Shown here piece by piece: positions 20,240 through 29,099 of a DNA stretch of 64,000 nucleotides (position 1 is the stretch's first letter; every line of letters starts with the position of its first letter). The notes below the pieces were generated by a model. That model made no database searches, was not told the DNA's origin, and was given only the letters and a program-made list of their open reading frames with translations. Location of the stretch: assembly GCA_937958695.1 (NCBI GenBank), contig CALGNK010000017.1, positions 8,225 through 72,224 on the forward strand, written 5' to 3'. Position numbers and translations under genes: made by a program. This DNA is from an uncultured bacterium. Lineage in GTDB: Bacteria; DUMJ01.

Positions 20240-21400
20240 TTATTTACCCATTCCTACCCTTTGAGCCTGTTGTAAGACTTTACCTTCAGTCTTTATTGAT
20301 GGAGCAATAACAAGCTCCACCTGATGGAATTCTCTTATATTCATAGAACCACAGACACCAAGAGAGTTTTTCAATGCACCAACTAGATTTTGAGTCCCAT
20401 CGTCCGTTTTGGCAGGACCGAAAAGTATCTCCTTCAGGGTCCCAGTAGTTCCTGTATAAACCCTTGTTCCTCTTGGTAAAGCAGAATGGCTCATTGCCAT
20501 ACCCCAGTGATATCCCCTACCAAATGCCTCTTGGGCACGAGCCAAAGCTTGACCAAGCATTACTCCATCTGCTCCGCAGGCAATAGCCTTTGCTATATCT
20601 CCACCAGTATTCATACCTCCGTCTCCTATTACAGGTATATATCTTCCAGTTTTATGATAGAAAACATCTCTCGCATAAGCAACGTCTGCTATTGCGGTTA
20701 CCTGAGGAACACCTATACCTAAGACCTGTCTAGTGGTACAAGCACCACCTGGTCCAACCCCAACTAAAATACCACTTATTCCCGTTTCAAATAACTCCAT
20801 AGCGGTACTAAAACTTACTACATTTCCTACCACTACTGGTACAGGGACCTTTTTAGTAAACTTCTCTAGACTTAATGGGGTATAGTTTTTAGCCTTGTGT
20901 CTTTCAGTAATTACTGTAGACTGAACAACAAAGATGTCAACCCCTGCTTCTATTGCTATTTGAGCCATTCTTTCAGCCTCTTGAGGAATTGAAGAACAAG
21001 CGGTAATAACTCCAGCTTCCTTAATCTCTTTTATTCTCTTATATACAAGATCATCCTTTACAGGTTCTCTATAGATTCTCTGCATTACCTCAGTAGCCTT
21101 ATCTGGAGTAGCAGAGATTATCTCTTCTAATACTTCCTGTGGATTTTCATACCTTGTCTGTATTCCTTGAAGGTTTAATACTGCCAAACCTCCAAGTTTT
21201 CCCATCACTTTAGCAAACTCTGGGCCAACAACACCATCCATGGCAGCAGCAAGTATAGGTATCTCTAACTTAAATCCTCCTATCTCTAAAGAGACATCAA
21301 CCAGTTCTGGATCAACAGTAACATCCCCTGGCACTATAGATATCTCTTCAAATCCATATGCCCTTCTTGCCCATCTTCCTTTACCAATAGGCACTTCCAT
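20240..21400 (-). CDS. guaB3: GuaB3-family IMP dehydrogenase (no CBS domains)
   Basis: AAMDGVV, GVGPGGACTTR with catalytic Cys, DGG..TGGDIAKA, HWGMA..LPRG. Confidence 0.85.
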   Translation of the reverse strand: MEVPIGKGRWARRAYGFEEISIVPGDVTVDPELVDVSLEIGGFKLEIPILAAAMDGVVGPEFAKVMGKLGGLAVLNLQGIQTRYENPQEVLEEIISATPDKATEVMQRIYREPVKDDLVYKRIKEIKEAGVITACSSIPQEAERMAQIAIEAGVDIFVVQSTVITERHKAKNYTPLSLEKFTKKVPVPVVVGNVVSFSTAMELFETGISGILVGVGPGGACTTRQVLGIGVPQVTAIADVAYARDVFYHKTGRYIPVIGDGGMNTGGDIAKAIACGADGVMLGQALARAQEAFGRGYHWGMAMSHSALPRGTRVYTGTTGTLKEILFGPAKTDDGTQNLVGALKNSLGVCGSMNIREFHQVELVIAPSIKTEGKVLQQAQRVGMGK

Positions 21401-21533
21401 TTAAAATCTACACCTCCAGATTTGTTATAATTTTTAGCATTCTAAATATTTTACAAGTAAAAAAAGATATATCAAGCTAAATCTGAGCTAATAAAAATAC
21501 CTGATAATGATTACTATATTGGAAATTTATGGT

Positions 21534-22538
21534 TTATTCCTCTTCTACTAATGCCTTTAAAAGTCTTACTGCGTTTTCTGCATCATCTAGGTCTATCATC
21601 TCATGGGGAGAATGGACATACCTACAAGGTATAGAGAGTGTTCCGCTTGGAATACCTGCAGAAGTCCTCTGAATGGCAGCTGCATCTGTTCCACCAAAGA
21701 TTAGTATCTCTATCTGGTAAGGTATATTATTCTTTTCTGCGATATTTCTTAACTTCTCGACCACATTTCTGTCACTTATAGAGGCGTTGTCTTTAATCTT
21801 TATGGCAGGCCCCTTACCCAGTTCTATGGACATCCTCTTATATCCCTTGGGGGTATCTGACCAAGCAGTAACATCTAAAGCTATTGCAAAGTCGGGATTT
21901 ATATTAAAAGCTACTACACTAGCACCAACTAGTCCCATCTCCTCTTGAACTGAGAAAGCTCCATAAAGTCTACATTTCGGTTTAGCCCTCTTTATAGTCT
22001 CTATTAAAACTGCACATCCGATTCTATCATCCATAGCCTTAGAGACAACTCTCTTGCCCATATCTATAAATTCAGTAGAATAGACTCCGAACATTCCTAT
22101 AGGAACTAGCTCTTCAGCTTCTTCTCGACTTTTGGCTCCTATATCAACAAAGATCTTATCAAAATTGAGCTCTTTTAAATTCTTTTGAACATCCTGGGTA
22201 GTTTCTCCTTCTATCCCTACAACTCCTTCTACCCCAGAATCTGGGAAAATGATTCTACTCCCTATAAGGTTATAGGCAGAGATTCCACCAATAGCTTCTA
22301 TTCTGATAAAGCCCTTTTCATCTATAAAAGAGGAAACAACTCCTATTTCATCCATATGTGCATCTAGAAGGAGCTTCTTCTCTGTTTGCCCATTCTTCCA
22401 AACTATAAGATTTCCTAATTTATCAACCTCATAGCCATCTATAGAGTCTTTCAACTCATTCAAGATAAATTCTCTAATTCTAGATTCTCTCCCGCTAGGA
22501 GAATTTATCTCTGTAAGTTTTCTTATAAGATCTTTCAT
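21534..22538 (-). CDS. M42 (TET) aminopeptidase
   Basis: AHMDEIG, KAMDDR, VQEEMG, GGTD, RYVHSP. Confidence 0.9.
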   Translation of the reverse strand: MKDLIRKLTEINSPSGRESRIREFILNELKDSIDGYEVDKLGNLIVWKNGQTEKKLLLDAHMDEIGVVSSFIDEKGFIRIEAIGGISAYNLIGSRIIFPDSGVEGVVGIEGETTQDVQKNLKELNFDKIFVDIGAKSREEAEELVPIGMFGVYSTEFIDMGKRVVSKAMDDRIGCAVLIETIKRAKPKCRLYGAFSVQEEMGLVGASVVAFNINPDFAIALDVTAWSDTPKGYKRMSIELGKGPAIKIKDNASISDRNVVEKLRNIAEKNNIPYQIEILIFGGTDAAAIQRTSAGIPSGTLSIPCRYVHSPHEMIDLDDAENAVRLLKALVEEE

Positions 22539-23545
22539 AGTTTTGCCTCCTTAGTTAGTAGTATAGAGACAAGTCTTAAAGTATTAGCATAATCATCAAG
22601 ACTTATAATAGACATCGGAGAATGTATATACCTTGCAGGAATAGAAATAACTGCTGATGGTATACCTGCTAAGGTAGTAGCTATTCTCCTGGCATCTGTT
22701 CCTCCCACAGTCCTTCTTTTAATCTGATAAGGTATATTATTCTCTCTTGCGGTATCTATTATCCACCTAAAGAGTCTTTCATCTACCACATATCCGCTAT
22801 GGGCAAAGGTTATTGCAGGACCTTTTCCTAATTCAGTTGACCTTCTATCGGCTGGAAATTCAGGATTATCACCAGATGTAGTAGTTTCAATTACTATTGC
22901 TAGCTCAGGATTTACCCTTTCAGCAGATACTCCTGCCCCTCTTAATCCAAGTTCTTCTTGGACAGAAAATACAAAATATGTCTCGTAATATAGGTCTATA
23001 TCGCTGTCAATTATATCCATTAGAATAGAACATCCACCTCTATCGTCTAAAGCCTTGCCAGAAAAATATCCTTTGTGTTCCATAGAGGCTACGGAAAAGG
23101 CAATAAAATCTCCTATCTTTATCTTACTTTCTGCCTCTGATTTTTTCGTTGCACCTATATCTACTTTTATGTTCTCAATCTTAGGAGGACTGTATACTTC
23201 GTCTCTCTGTAGATGTATCGCCTTAAAACCAATAACTCCTGGTATCTCTTTCTCCCCAACTACGACCTTTTTCCCTATGATAGACCTTGTATCTATACCT
23301 CCAAGTGGCATAATACTTAACTTTCCATCATCCTCTATATTTGAAACTATAAAACCAACCTCATCCATATGCGCACAGAGAAGTAGTTTCTTATCTGTTT
23401 TACCTTTTTTCTTAGCTATAAGATTTCCTAAAGGGTCTTCTTCAATAATGTCTACCTTATTAGCTATTTTGTCTTTTATAAATTCTCTCACTCTTTTTTC
23501 ATAGCCTGAGACGCCTAAGAGCTCTGTCAATTCTTTTAAATACAA
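22535..23545 (-). CDS. M42 (TET) aminopeptidase
   Basis: AHMDEVG, KALDDR, VQEELG, GGTD, RYIHSP. Confidence 0.9.
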   Translation of the reverse strand: MYLKELTELLGVSGYEKRVREFIKDKIANKVDIIEEDPLGNLIAKKKGKTDKKLLLCAHMDEVGFIVSNIEDDGKLSIMPLGGIDTRSIIGKKVVVGEKEIPGVIGFKAIHLQRDEVYSPPKIENIKVDIGATKKSEAESKIKIGDFIAFSVASMEHKGYFSGKALDDRGGCSILMDIIDSDIDLYYETYFVFSVQEELGLRGAGVSAERVNPELAIVIETTTSGDNPEFPADRRSTELGKGPAITFAHSGYVVDERLFRWIIDTARENNIPYQIKRRTVGGTDARRIATTLAGIPSAVISIPARYIHSPMSIISLDDYANTLRLVSILLTKEAKL

Positions 23546-23547
23546 TG

Positions 23548-24558
23548 TTATTCGCCTCCTCTAGCTATAAAATAACTGAGAAGTCTAGCAGATTCTTCTA
23601 TGTCTCTTGTATTAACTACCTCATATGGAGTATGCATATAACGTAGTGGGATAGAAACTAAAAGTGTAGGGATACCTCCTCTAGTGATCTGTATTAGGTC
23701 AGTATCTGTTCCACTCCTTCCACCTAGAGGCTCTATCTGATAGCTGACAGAGATGTTCTCCGCTAGACTCTTTATCTTTTCAAAATAGTTATAGTCAATC
23801 ACAGGACCTATTCCTAAAGCAGGACCCTTACCTAATTCTATCTTGGGCATAGAAGGGATAGATATATCTCCATGTGTCACATCTAAAACTATAGCTAGGT
23901 CAGGTTTCAGCCTATGGGCTACGGTCTTTGCACCTGGGCTTCCATCCTCCTCCCTTATATTAAAGACAAAGTAGGATTCTGCCTTTGGGGAAAAGTTATT
24001 TAAAAGTTCCATTATATATAAAAGTGTGACACAGCTTACTCTATTATCTAAAGCCTTACCTGTAAAATATTTATCTGATAATAAGAATGGTTCCACTGAA
24101 AATACCCCGATATCTCCAACACTAACTTTGTCCTGTCCTTCAACTATATCTAGGAAAAGATCATCTAATGAGGGGACTTTCTTTCTGGTCTCTTCTGTCT
24201 GTAAATGCGGTTCAAGCATCCCAACAATTCCCCAAGCTATATTTCCATCCCTAGTATAAATCTTTATTCTTTGGGCGATTACCGACTTAGGATCTACTCC
24301 GCCAATAGTTGTGAACCTCCAGTAGTTATCAGATTCTCTCTTAGTTAGAAGGAAACCAATTTCATCTGTATGAGCAAAAAGAGCTATTCTTTTCCCCTTT
24401 CCTTCCCTTTTTGCAATAAGATTTCCTAGATGATCAACTTCGAAAGATGTATTGGGAATCTTTTTGACCTCTTCTTCTATAAGCTTTATAGCCCTATACT
24501 CATAACCAGAGGGACCATCGGCAGAAGAGAGATTTTTTAAAACATCAGTTATTATCAC
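23548..24558 (-). CDS. M42 (TET) aminopeptidase
   Basis: AHTDEIG, KALDNR, IREEDG, SGTD, RYMHTP; start likely GTG 24558 after AGGAGG. Confidence 0.88.
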   Translation of the reverse strand: MIITDVLKNLSSADGPSGYEYRAIKLIEEEVKKIPNTSFEVDHLGNLIAKREGKGKRIALFAHTDEIGFLLTKRESDNYWRFTTIGGVDPKSVIAQRIKIYTRDGNIAWGIVGMLEPHLQTEETRKKVPSLDDLFLDIVEGQDKVSVGDIGVFSVEPFLLSDKYFTGKALDNRVSCVTLLYIMELLNNFSPKAESYFVFNIREEDGSPGAKTVAHRLKPDLAIVLDVTHGDISIPSMPKIELGKGPALGIGPVIDYNYFEKIKSLAENISVSYQIEPLGGRSGTDTDLIQITRGGIPTLLVSIPLRYMHTPYEVVNTRDIEESARLLSYFIARGGE

Positions 24559-24656
24559 CACTAACCTCCTAAACTTAAATATTTCCATCTAATTATAGCA
24601 GAGTAGTTTTTATAAGTTCAATAGTCGAATTATACATGTTGTGATAAAATTTACTT

Positions 24657-25292
24657 ATGAAAAGATTAGACGAATTTATTCTAAAATTAAAGTCTATAGA
24701 AGACAAGGCAAAACCTTTTGTAGAAGAAAGGATATATCAATTTAAAGCTTTAGGTCTATATGGTTCTGAAGATGAATTGTTCTCGGAATTAAGTTTCTGT
24801 GTCATTACTGCTAACTGGAGCGCAAATGGTGGAATAAAAGCCCAAGATAGGATAGGGATCCTAGGTTTTGTTAACTACTCGCAAGAAGAGTTAGCAGAGG
24901 CCCTTTCTAATCTAGGCCATAGATTTCCTTATAAAAGGGCAGAATTTATAGTAGAGAATAGACGTCTTATAGGAAGGCTTAGAAGAATAACATCATTGCC
25001 ATTAATAGAGGCAAGAAAGGAATTAGTAAAAGAGGCTAAAGGAATTGGGTGGAAAGAGGCAAGTCATTTTTTAAGAAACGTAGGCATATTAGAGACAGCT
25101 ATTTTAGATAGACATATCCTTAGAGTACTTAAGGATGTAGATTTGATAGATAAAATACCAGACAGCTGGACAGAAAAGAGATACCTTTATATAGAGGAAA
25201 GATTTAAGGAGCTCTCTTTTGCCTTTAATAAGTTGCCTGGCGAAACTGACTTGTATATATGGTATCTTATAAAGGGTAAAGTGGAAAAGTAA
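24657..25292 (+). CDS. ogg: 8-oxoguanine DNA glycosylase/AP lyase (Ogg2 type)
   Basis: ELSFCVITAN, GHRF, KGIGWKEASHFLRNVG, ILDRH, DLYIWY, C-terminal Lys. Confidence 0.9.
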   Translation: MKRLDEFILKLKSIEDKAKPFVEERIYQFKALGLYGSEDELFSELSFCVITANWSANGGIKAQDRIGILGFVNYSQEELAEALSNLGHRFPYKRAEFIVENRRLIGRLRRITSLPLIEARKELVKEAKGIGWKEASHFLRNVGILETAILDRHILRVLKDVDLIDKIPDSWTEKRYLYIEERFKELSFAFNKLPGETDLYIWYLIKGKVEK

Positions 25293-25396
25293 TATTGACA
25301 TAGAGTTAACTCCTAAGAGTAATTCACTTGACTTATTAATATTTTTTGATAATATTAAGTAAGTGATAAAAATTCTAAAAAAGGAGGTTGATTGAT

Positions 25397-25903
25397 ATGA
25401 GAAAAATGACGGAAGAAAGCTTAAAATCTGCCTTTGCTGGTGAAAGCCAAGCCCATATGAGGTATACTATCTTTGCAGAGATCGCTGAACAGGAGGGTAG
25501 ACCAAATCTGGCAAGACTTTTCAGGGCTATAGCAGATGCAGAAAAGGTCCATGCTACAAATCATCTTAAGGCTCTATCTGGAGTTAAAGAATCTTCTGGT
25601 AATATACAGGTCTGTATAGATGGCGAAAACTTTGAGATTCAAGAGATGTATCCAGCTTATAATGCCATAGCAGAATTACAGAATGAGCCAGAGGCTAAAA
25701 GGAGTATAAACTTTGCCCTTGAGGCAGAGAAGATACACTCTGCTATGTATCAAAAGGCAAAGCAAGCTGTAGATAGCGGAAAAGGGGATATAGAGATAGG
25801 AGATATATTTATATGTCAGGTATGTGGTCATACGGTAGAAGGAAATGTTCCTGACAGATGTCCTATATGTGGAGCACCAAAAGAAAAATTCAAAAAATTC
25901 TAA
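25397..25903 (+). CDS. rbr: Rubrerythrin
   Basis: AFAGESQA, E..H diiron motifs, C-terminal CQVCG...CPICG; start ATG 25397 after AAGGAGG. Confidence 0.9.
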   Translation: MRKMTEESLKSAFAGESQAHMRYTIFAEIAEQEGRPNLARLFRAIADAEKVHATNHLKALSGVKESSGNIQVCIDGENFEIQEMYPAYNAIAELQNEPEAKRSINFALEAEKIHSAMYQKAKQAVDSGKGDIEIGDIFICQVCGHTVEGNVPDRCPICGAPKEKFKKF

Positions 25904-25918
25904 GTGAGGTGATTTAAT

Positions 25919-26254
25919 ATGAAAAAGTGGAGATGTGGTGTTTGTGGTATAGTTTTGGATGTAGAAAATCCACCTGAGGTATGCCCAAAGTGTGGAGCTC
26001 CTAGAGAAAAATTCTCTCAAATTCCAGAAGATCAAGCCAATCTTATAGATAGGGCTAGGTTCACTAATAGCCTACATATAGAATTATACACCCTTATGGT
26101 AAAGGTTGCTGAATTGGCTCAGAAAGGGATAGAGGATAATCTGGACCCACCATGTTTTAAAATCTTTACTGAAGCAAAGGAACAAGCTACTCTATTCCAG
26201 CAGAAGGTGAAGGCAGAGATTCAGGGCCATATAAGCAAAGGCAAGTGGGGCTAA
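25919..26254 (+). CDS. Rubredoxin-like domain protein
   Basis: WRCGVCG...CPKCGAP followed by helical domain ending HISKGKWG. Confidence 0.8.
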   Translation: MKKWRCGVCGIVLDVENPPEVCPKCGAPREKFSQIPEDQANLIDRARFTNSLHIELYTLMVKVAELAQKGIEDNLDPPCFKIFTEAKEQATLFQQKVKAEIQGHISKGKWG

Positions 26255-26289
26255 ATAATACTTAGATATTGTGATATTATCTAAAATTT

Positions 26290-26325
26290 ATTAGGGGGCT
26301 CAGATTTCTGAGCCCCCTAATTTTT
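26290..26325 (+). terminator. Intrinsic terminator
   Basis: ATTAGGGGGCTCAG/CTGAGCCCCCTAAT perfect stem followed by TTTT. Confidence 0.85.
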
Positions 26326-26379
26326 AAGAAGGACATTACTTCTATTTTTTGATATACTATTTAGTGGAGGTGATATCCT

Positions 26380-27561
26380 TTGTATAGGATAGGGGAAGAA
26401 GAATTAGAGGAGATAAGAAGGGTTTTTGAAAGTAAACAGCTATCTAGGTACGGCGATCCTAAAGAAGGTCATCTACAAGAGGTTGTCCAATTTGAAAGAG
26501 AGTGGGCGGAGAAGATTGGAACTAAGTACGCTTTACTTATGTCTGGAGGGGGGACATCCGCTCTAGCAAGTGGCTTAATAGGTCTTGGTATAGGTCCAGG
26601 AGACGAAGTTATTGTCCCAGGTTATACCTTTATTGCTACAGCATCTGCAGTATTAAATGCTGGAGCTATTCCTGTTATTGCAGAGGTTGATGAAACACTA
26701 ACACTAGACCCTTTAGATTTTGAAAGAAAGATTACCCCGAATACTAAAGCGGTTATACCTGTTCATATGCAAGGGCTACCAGCCAATATGGATAGAATAA
26801 TAGAGATAGCTCAAAAACATAATATAAAGGTTGTTGAAGATGCCTGTCAGGCTGTAGGAGGAAGCTACAAAGGAAAAAGATTAGGTAGTTTGGGAAACGT
26901 TGGTGTATTTAGCTTTAACTATTACAAAATAATAAGCTGTGGTGAGGGAGGCTGTATAGTTACAAACGATAGGTTAGTTTATGAAAGGGTTTTGGTTTAT
27001 CACGATAGTGGATTTGTCTTTCTTAGCCCTTCTCCTAAAGAGGTTAATATCCCAATATTTATAGGGTTACAGCTAAGAGCCAATGAGATTATGGGAGCAA
27101 TATTAAGGGTACAACTTAGAAGGCTTGATGTTATACTTTCAGACTTACGACGTATCAAAAAGCTTTTTATAGAAGAGCTAAAATCTACAGGAGTAAAGTT
27201 TGTTCCAATTAATGACCCCGAAGGAGACTGTGGAGTAGTGGTAGGGTTTCAGTTTGAATCGGAGAAGGAAGCTAGGGAGTTTGCACAGAAAGAAGGAGTC
27301 AAAGGATGGCTACCTATAGATACAGGAAAACATGTATATTCTAATTGGGAACCTATCTTAGAACATAGGGTTGGGCATCATCCTAAGATGAATCCATTTG
27401 AATTCCCTGAGAATAAGTTTCTCAGGATAAACTATTCGAAAGATATGTGCCCTAAGACTTTAGAAATACTAAGTAAGACCGTCTTTATAACTATAAATCC
27501 TGATTGGAAAGATGAGGAGATAGAGATAAGGATAAAAGCTTGTAGAGAAGCGATGAGATAG
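26380..27561 (+). CDS. DegT/DnrJ/EryC1/StrS PLP aminotransferase
   Basis: GPGDEVIVP.YTFIAT, EDACQA, FSFNYYKIISCGEGG. Confidence 0.9.
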   Translation: MYRIGEEELEEIRRVFESKQLSRYGDPKEGHLQEVVQFEREWAEKIGTKYALLMSGGGTSALASGLIGLGIGPGDEVIVPGYTFIATASAVLNAGAIPVIAEVDETLTLDPLDFERKITPNTKAVIPVHMQGLPANMDRIIEIAQKHNIKVVEDACQAVGGSYKGKRLGSLGNVGVFSFNYYKIISCGEGGCIVTNDRLVYERVLVYHDSGFVFLSPSPKEVNIPIFIGLQLRANEIMGAILRVQLRRLDVILSDLRRIKKLFIEELKSTGVKFVPINDPEGDCGVVVGFQFESEKEAREFAQKEGVKGWLPIDTGKHVYSNWEPILEHRVGHHPKMNPFEFPENKFLRINYSKDMCPKTLEILSKTVFITINPDWKDEEIEIRIKACREAMR

Positions 27562-27572
27562 GAGGAGGAATT

Positions 27573-28016
27573 GTGAGAAATTACAGAGGTTTTTTTAATG
27601 TGCTAAAGGTAATATTAGTTCTTTTTATGTTTATTGTTACAGGTATTGAAGGTTGTAGCTGTAGTAAACCGTTTATAGAGAAGATAGAGATATGGATAGA
27701 TAGGGATACTTCAGATAATGAACCTTTTGAAGAGCAAGTTATCCCTATAGGATTGACTTATAAGATTCCTAAAAACACAAGCTTCAGGATAAAGGTAAAG
27801 ACTCAAGAGCCTTTATCTGATAACGATTTAGCTAACAGTATAGTTCAGATTAATTCAAATATAACCATTAACCTACAACGTCTAGAAGATAATGTGTATA
27901 AGGCAGACTATGATAATCTTACTGGGACTTTAGATACTAGAATATATAATGTTAATATACTTATAACTCATAGTGGAAAGATAATATCTCAAAGTATTGT
28001 AATAGAGATTTCTTAG
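27573..28016 (+). CDS. Hypothetical exported or lipoprotein-like protein
   Basis: SD AGGAGGAGG, hydrophobic N-terminus then EGCSC; beta-strand-rich remainder. Confidence 0.6.
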   Translation: MRNYRGFFNVLKVILVLFMFIVTGIEGCSCSKPFIEKIEIWIDRDTSDNEPFEEQVIPIGLTYKIPKNTSFRIKVKTQEPLSDNDLANSIVQINSNITINLQRLEDNVYKADYDNLTGTLDTRIYNVNILITHSGKIISQSIVIEIS

Positions 28017-28030
28017 AGAGTAACGCTTGG

Positions 28031-28059
28031 TTGACAGAATTTGCCTAAGATGATATATT
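28031..28059 (+). promoter_or_regulatory. Sigma70-type promoter
   Basis: TTGACA-N17-TATATT with extended TG. Confidence 0.65.
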
Positions 28060-28096
28060 TAGCTTAGAAAATATTTAAGTAGGAGGAGGTATTATT

Positions 28097-28375
28097 ATGG
28101 CAGAGATATTAAATTTAGATGTAAATCCTACTTCTGGAAAGCAAGGGGATATGGTGACAGTTGTTGTCAAAGCTTCTCCGGACACCAAAGCTGTTTATGG
28201 TAGGATTCCCGAGTATGGATATATAGTTCAGTTCCAGAAAGAAGGAGATCTATTTAAACTCTCTATGCAGGTTCCTTACGGAGCACCTCCTGGAGTTTAT
28301 ATGGTTTCAGTATACCCAGTAGACAACGAAGGGAATAGAGGCGAAGAAAAGAGGTTTAATTTCCAAGTTCTGTAA
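28097..28375 (+). CDS. Small hypothetical protein, Ig-like beta-sandwich pattern
   Basis: Strong SD AGGAGGAGG; PGVYMVSVYPVD.EGN motif. Confidence 0.65.
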   Translation: MAEILNLDVNPTSGKQGDMVTVVVKASPDTKAVYGRIPEYGYIVQFQKEGDLFKLSMQVPYGAPPGVYMVSVYPVDNEGNRGEEKRFNFQVL

Positions 28376-29099
28376 AATCTTCTAACAGAATACCAAGAGC
28401 CTTAAGGGCTTGAAAGATTTCTCGATGTTTTTCTTCTTTTTTACATAAATCGATCTCTTTCTTGATTCTAGCTATTCCAACGGTCCTTAAGGCTCCATTC
28501 TTTATTGCTGATTCAATAAGACCATATGTATGAGGCTCTATAGTAAAGCCAAGTCTTATACTAAATCTTATTGCTCTAAAGATGCGAGTAGGATCATCTA
28601 TGAAACTTTTATCGTGAAGAACTCTTATCTTCTTTTCATTTAAATCTTTTATCCCGTCTAAAGGATCTATTATATCTCCTATTTTCTTATCCGAATATAT
28701 TGGTATAGCCAAGGCATTTATAGTAAAGTCTCTTCTATATAGGTCCTCCACAATCGTCCCTGGTTCTACCAGTGGCAATGCCCCAGGTTTAGGATAAACC
28801 TCTTTTCTTGCAATAGCTATATCCACGTGCTCTATTTCACTATAATCTATAGTAAACTTAAACGTATAGAATCTTTTTAGTAATCTTCCTCTTTTGCTAA
28901 GACTCTCGATATATTTTAGAAAATTCTCTACAGAAGTCTCTACCACTAAGTCTAAATCCTTTACTCTAAAGCCAAGCAGGATATCTCTGAGAGTTCCACC
29001 TACAACATAGATCGGGATTTCTCTTTTATAAGCATGCTCCAAACACAAATCTATATCAGGAATAGACAGAATAGATAAGAGGACGTCTTTTAACTTCAT
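28356..29099 (-). CDS. Short class II tRNA nucleotidyltransferase (CCA/A-adding-like)
   Basis: VVGGTLRD, DLD, ARKE, DLYRRDFTINALA, FIDDPTRIFRAIRF; only 247 aa. Confidence 0.8.
   Translation of the reverse strand: MKLKDVLLSILSIPDIDLCLEHAYKREIPIYVVGGTLRDILLGFRVKDLDLVVETSVENFLKYIESLSKRGRLLKRFYTFKFTIDYSEIEHVDIAIARKEVYPKPGALPLVEPGTIVEDLYRRDFTINALAIPIYSDKKIGDIIDPLDGIKDLNEKKIRVLHDKSFIDDPTRIFRAIRFSIRLGFTIEPHTYGLIESAIKNGALRTVGIARIKKEIDLCKKEEKHREIFQALKALGILLEDFTELGN

Noticed and set aside
21401-21533. Possible purine riboswitch before guaB3
   Set aside because: Very AT-rich with no convincing three-way junction or conserved core
24639-24656. Rex-like site TTGTGATAAAATTTACTT
   Set aside because: Four mismatches to TTGTGAA-N4-TTCACAA; better explained as the extended -10 of ogg
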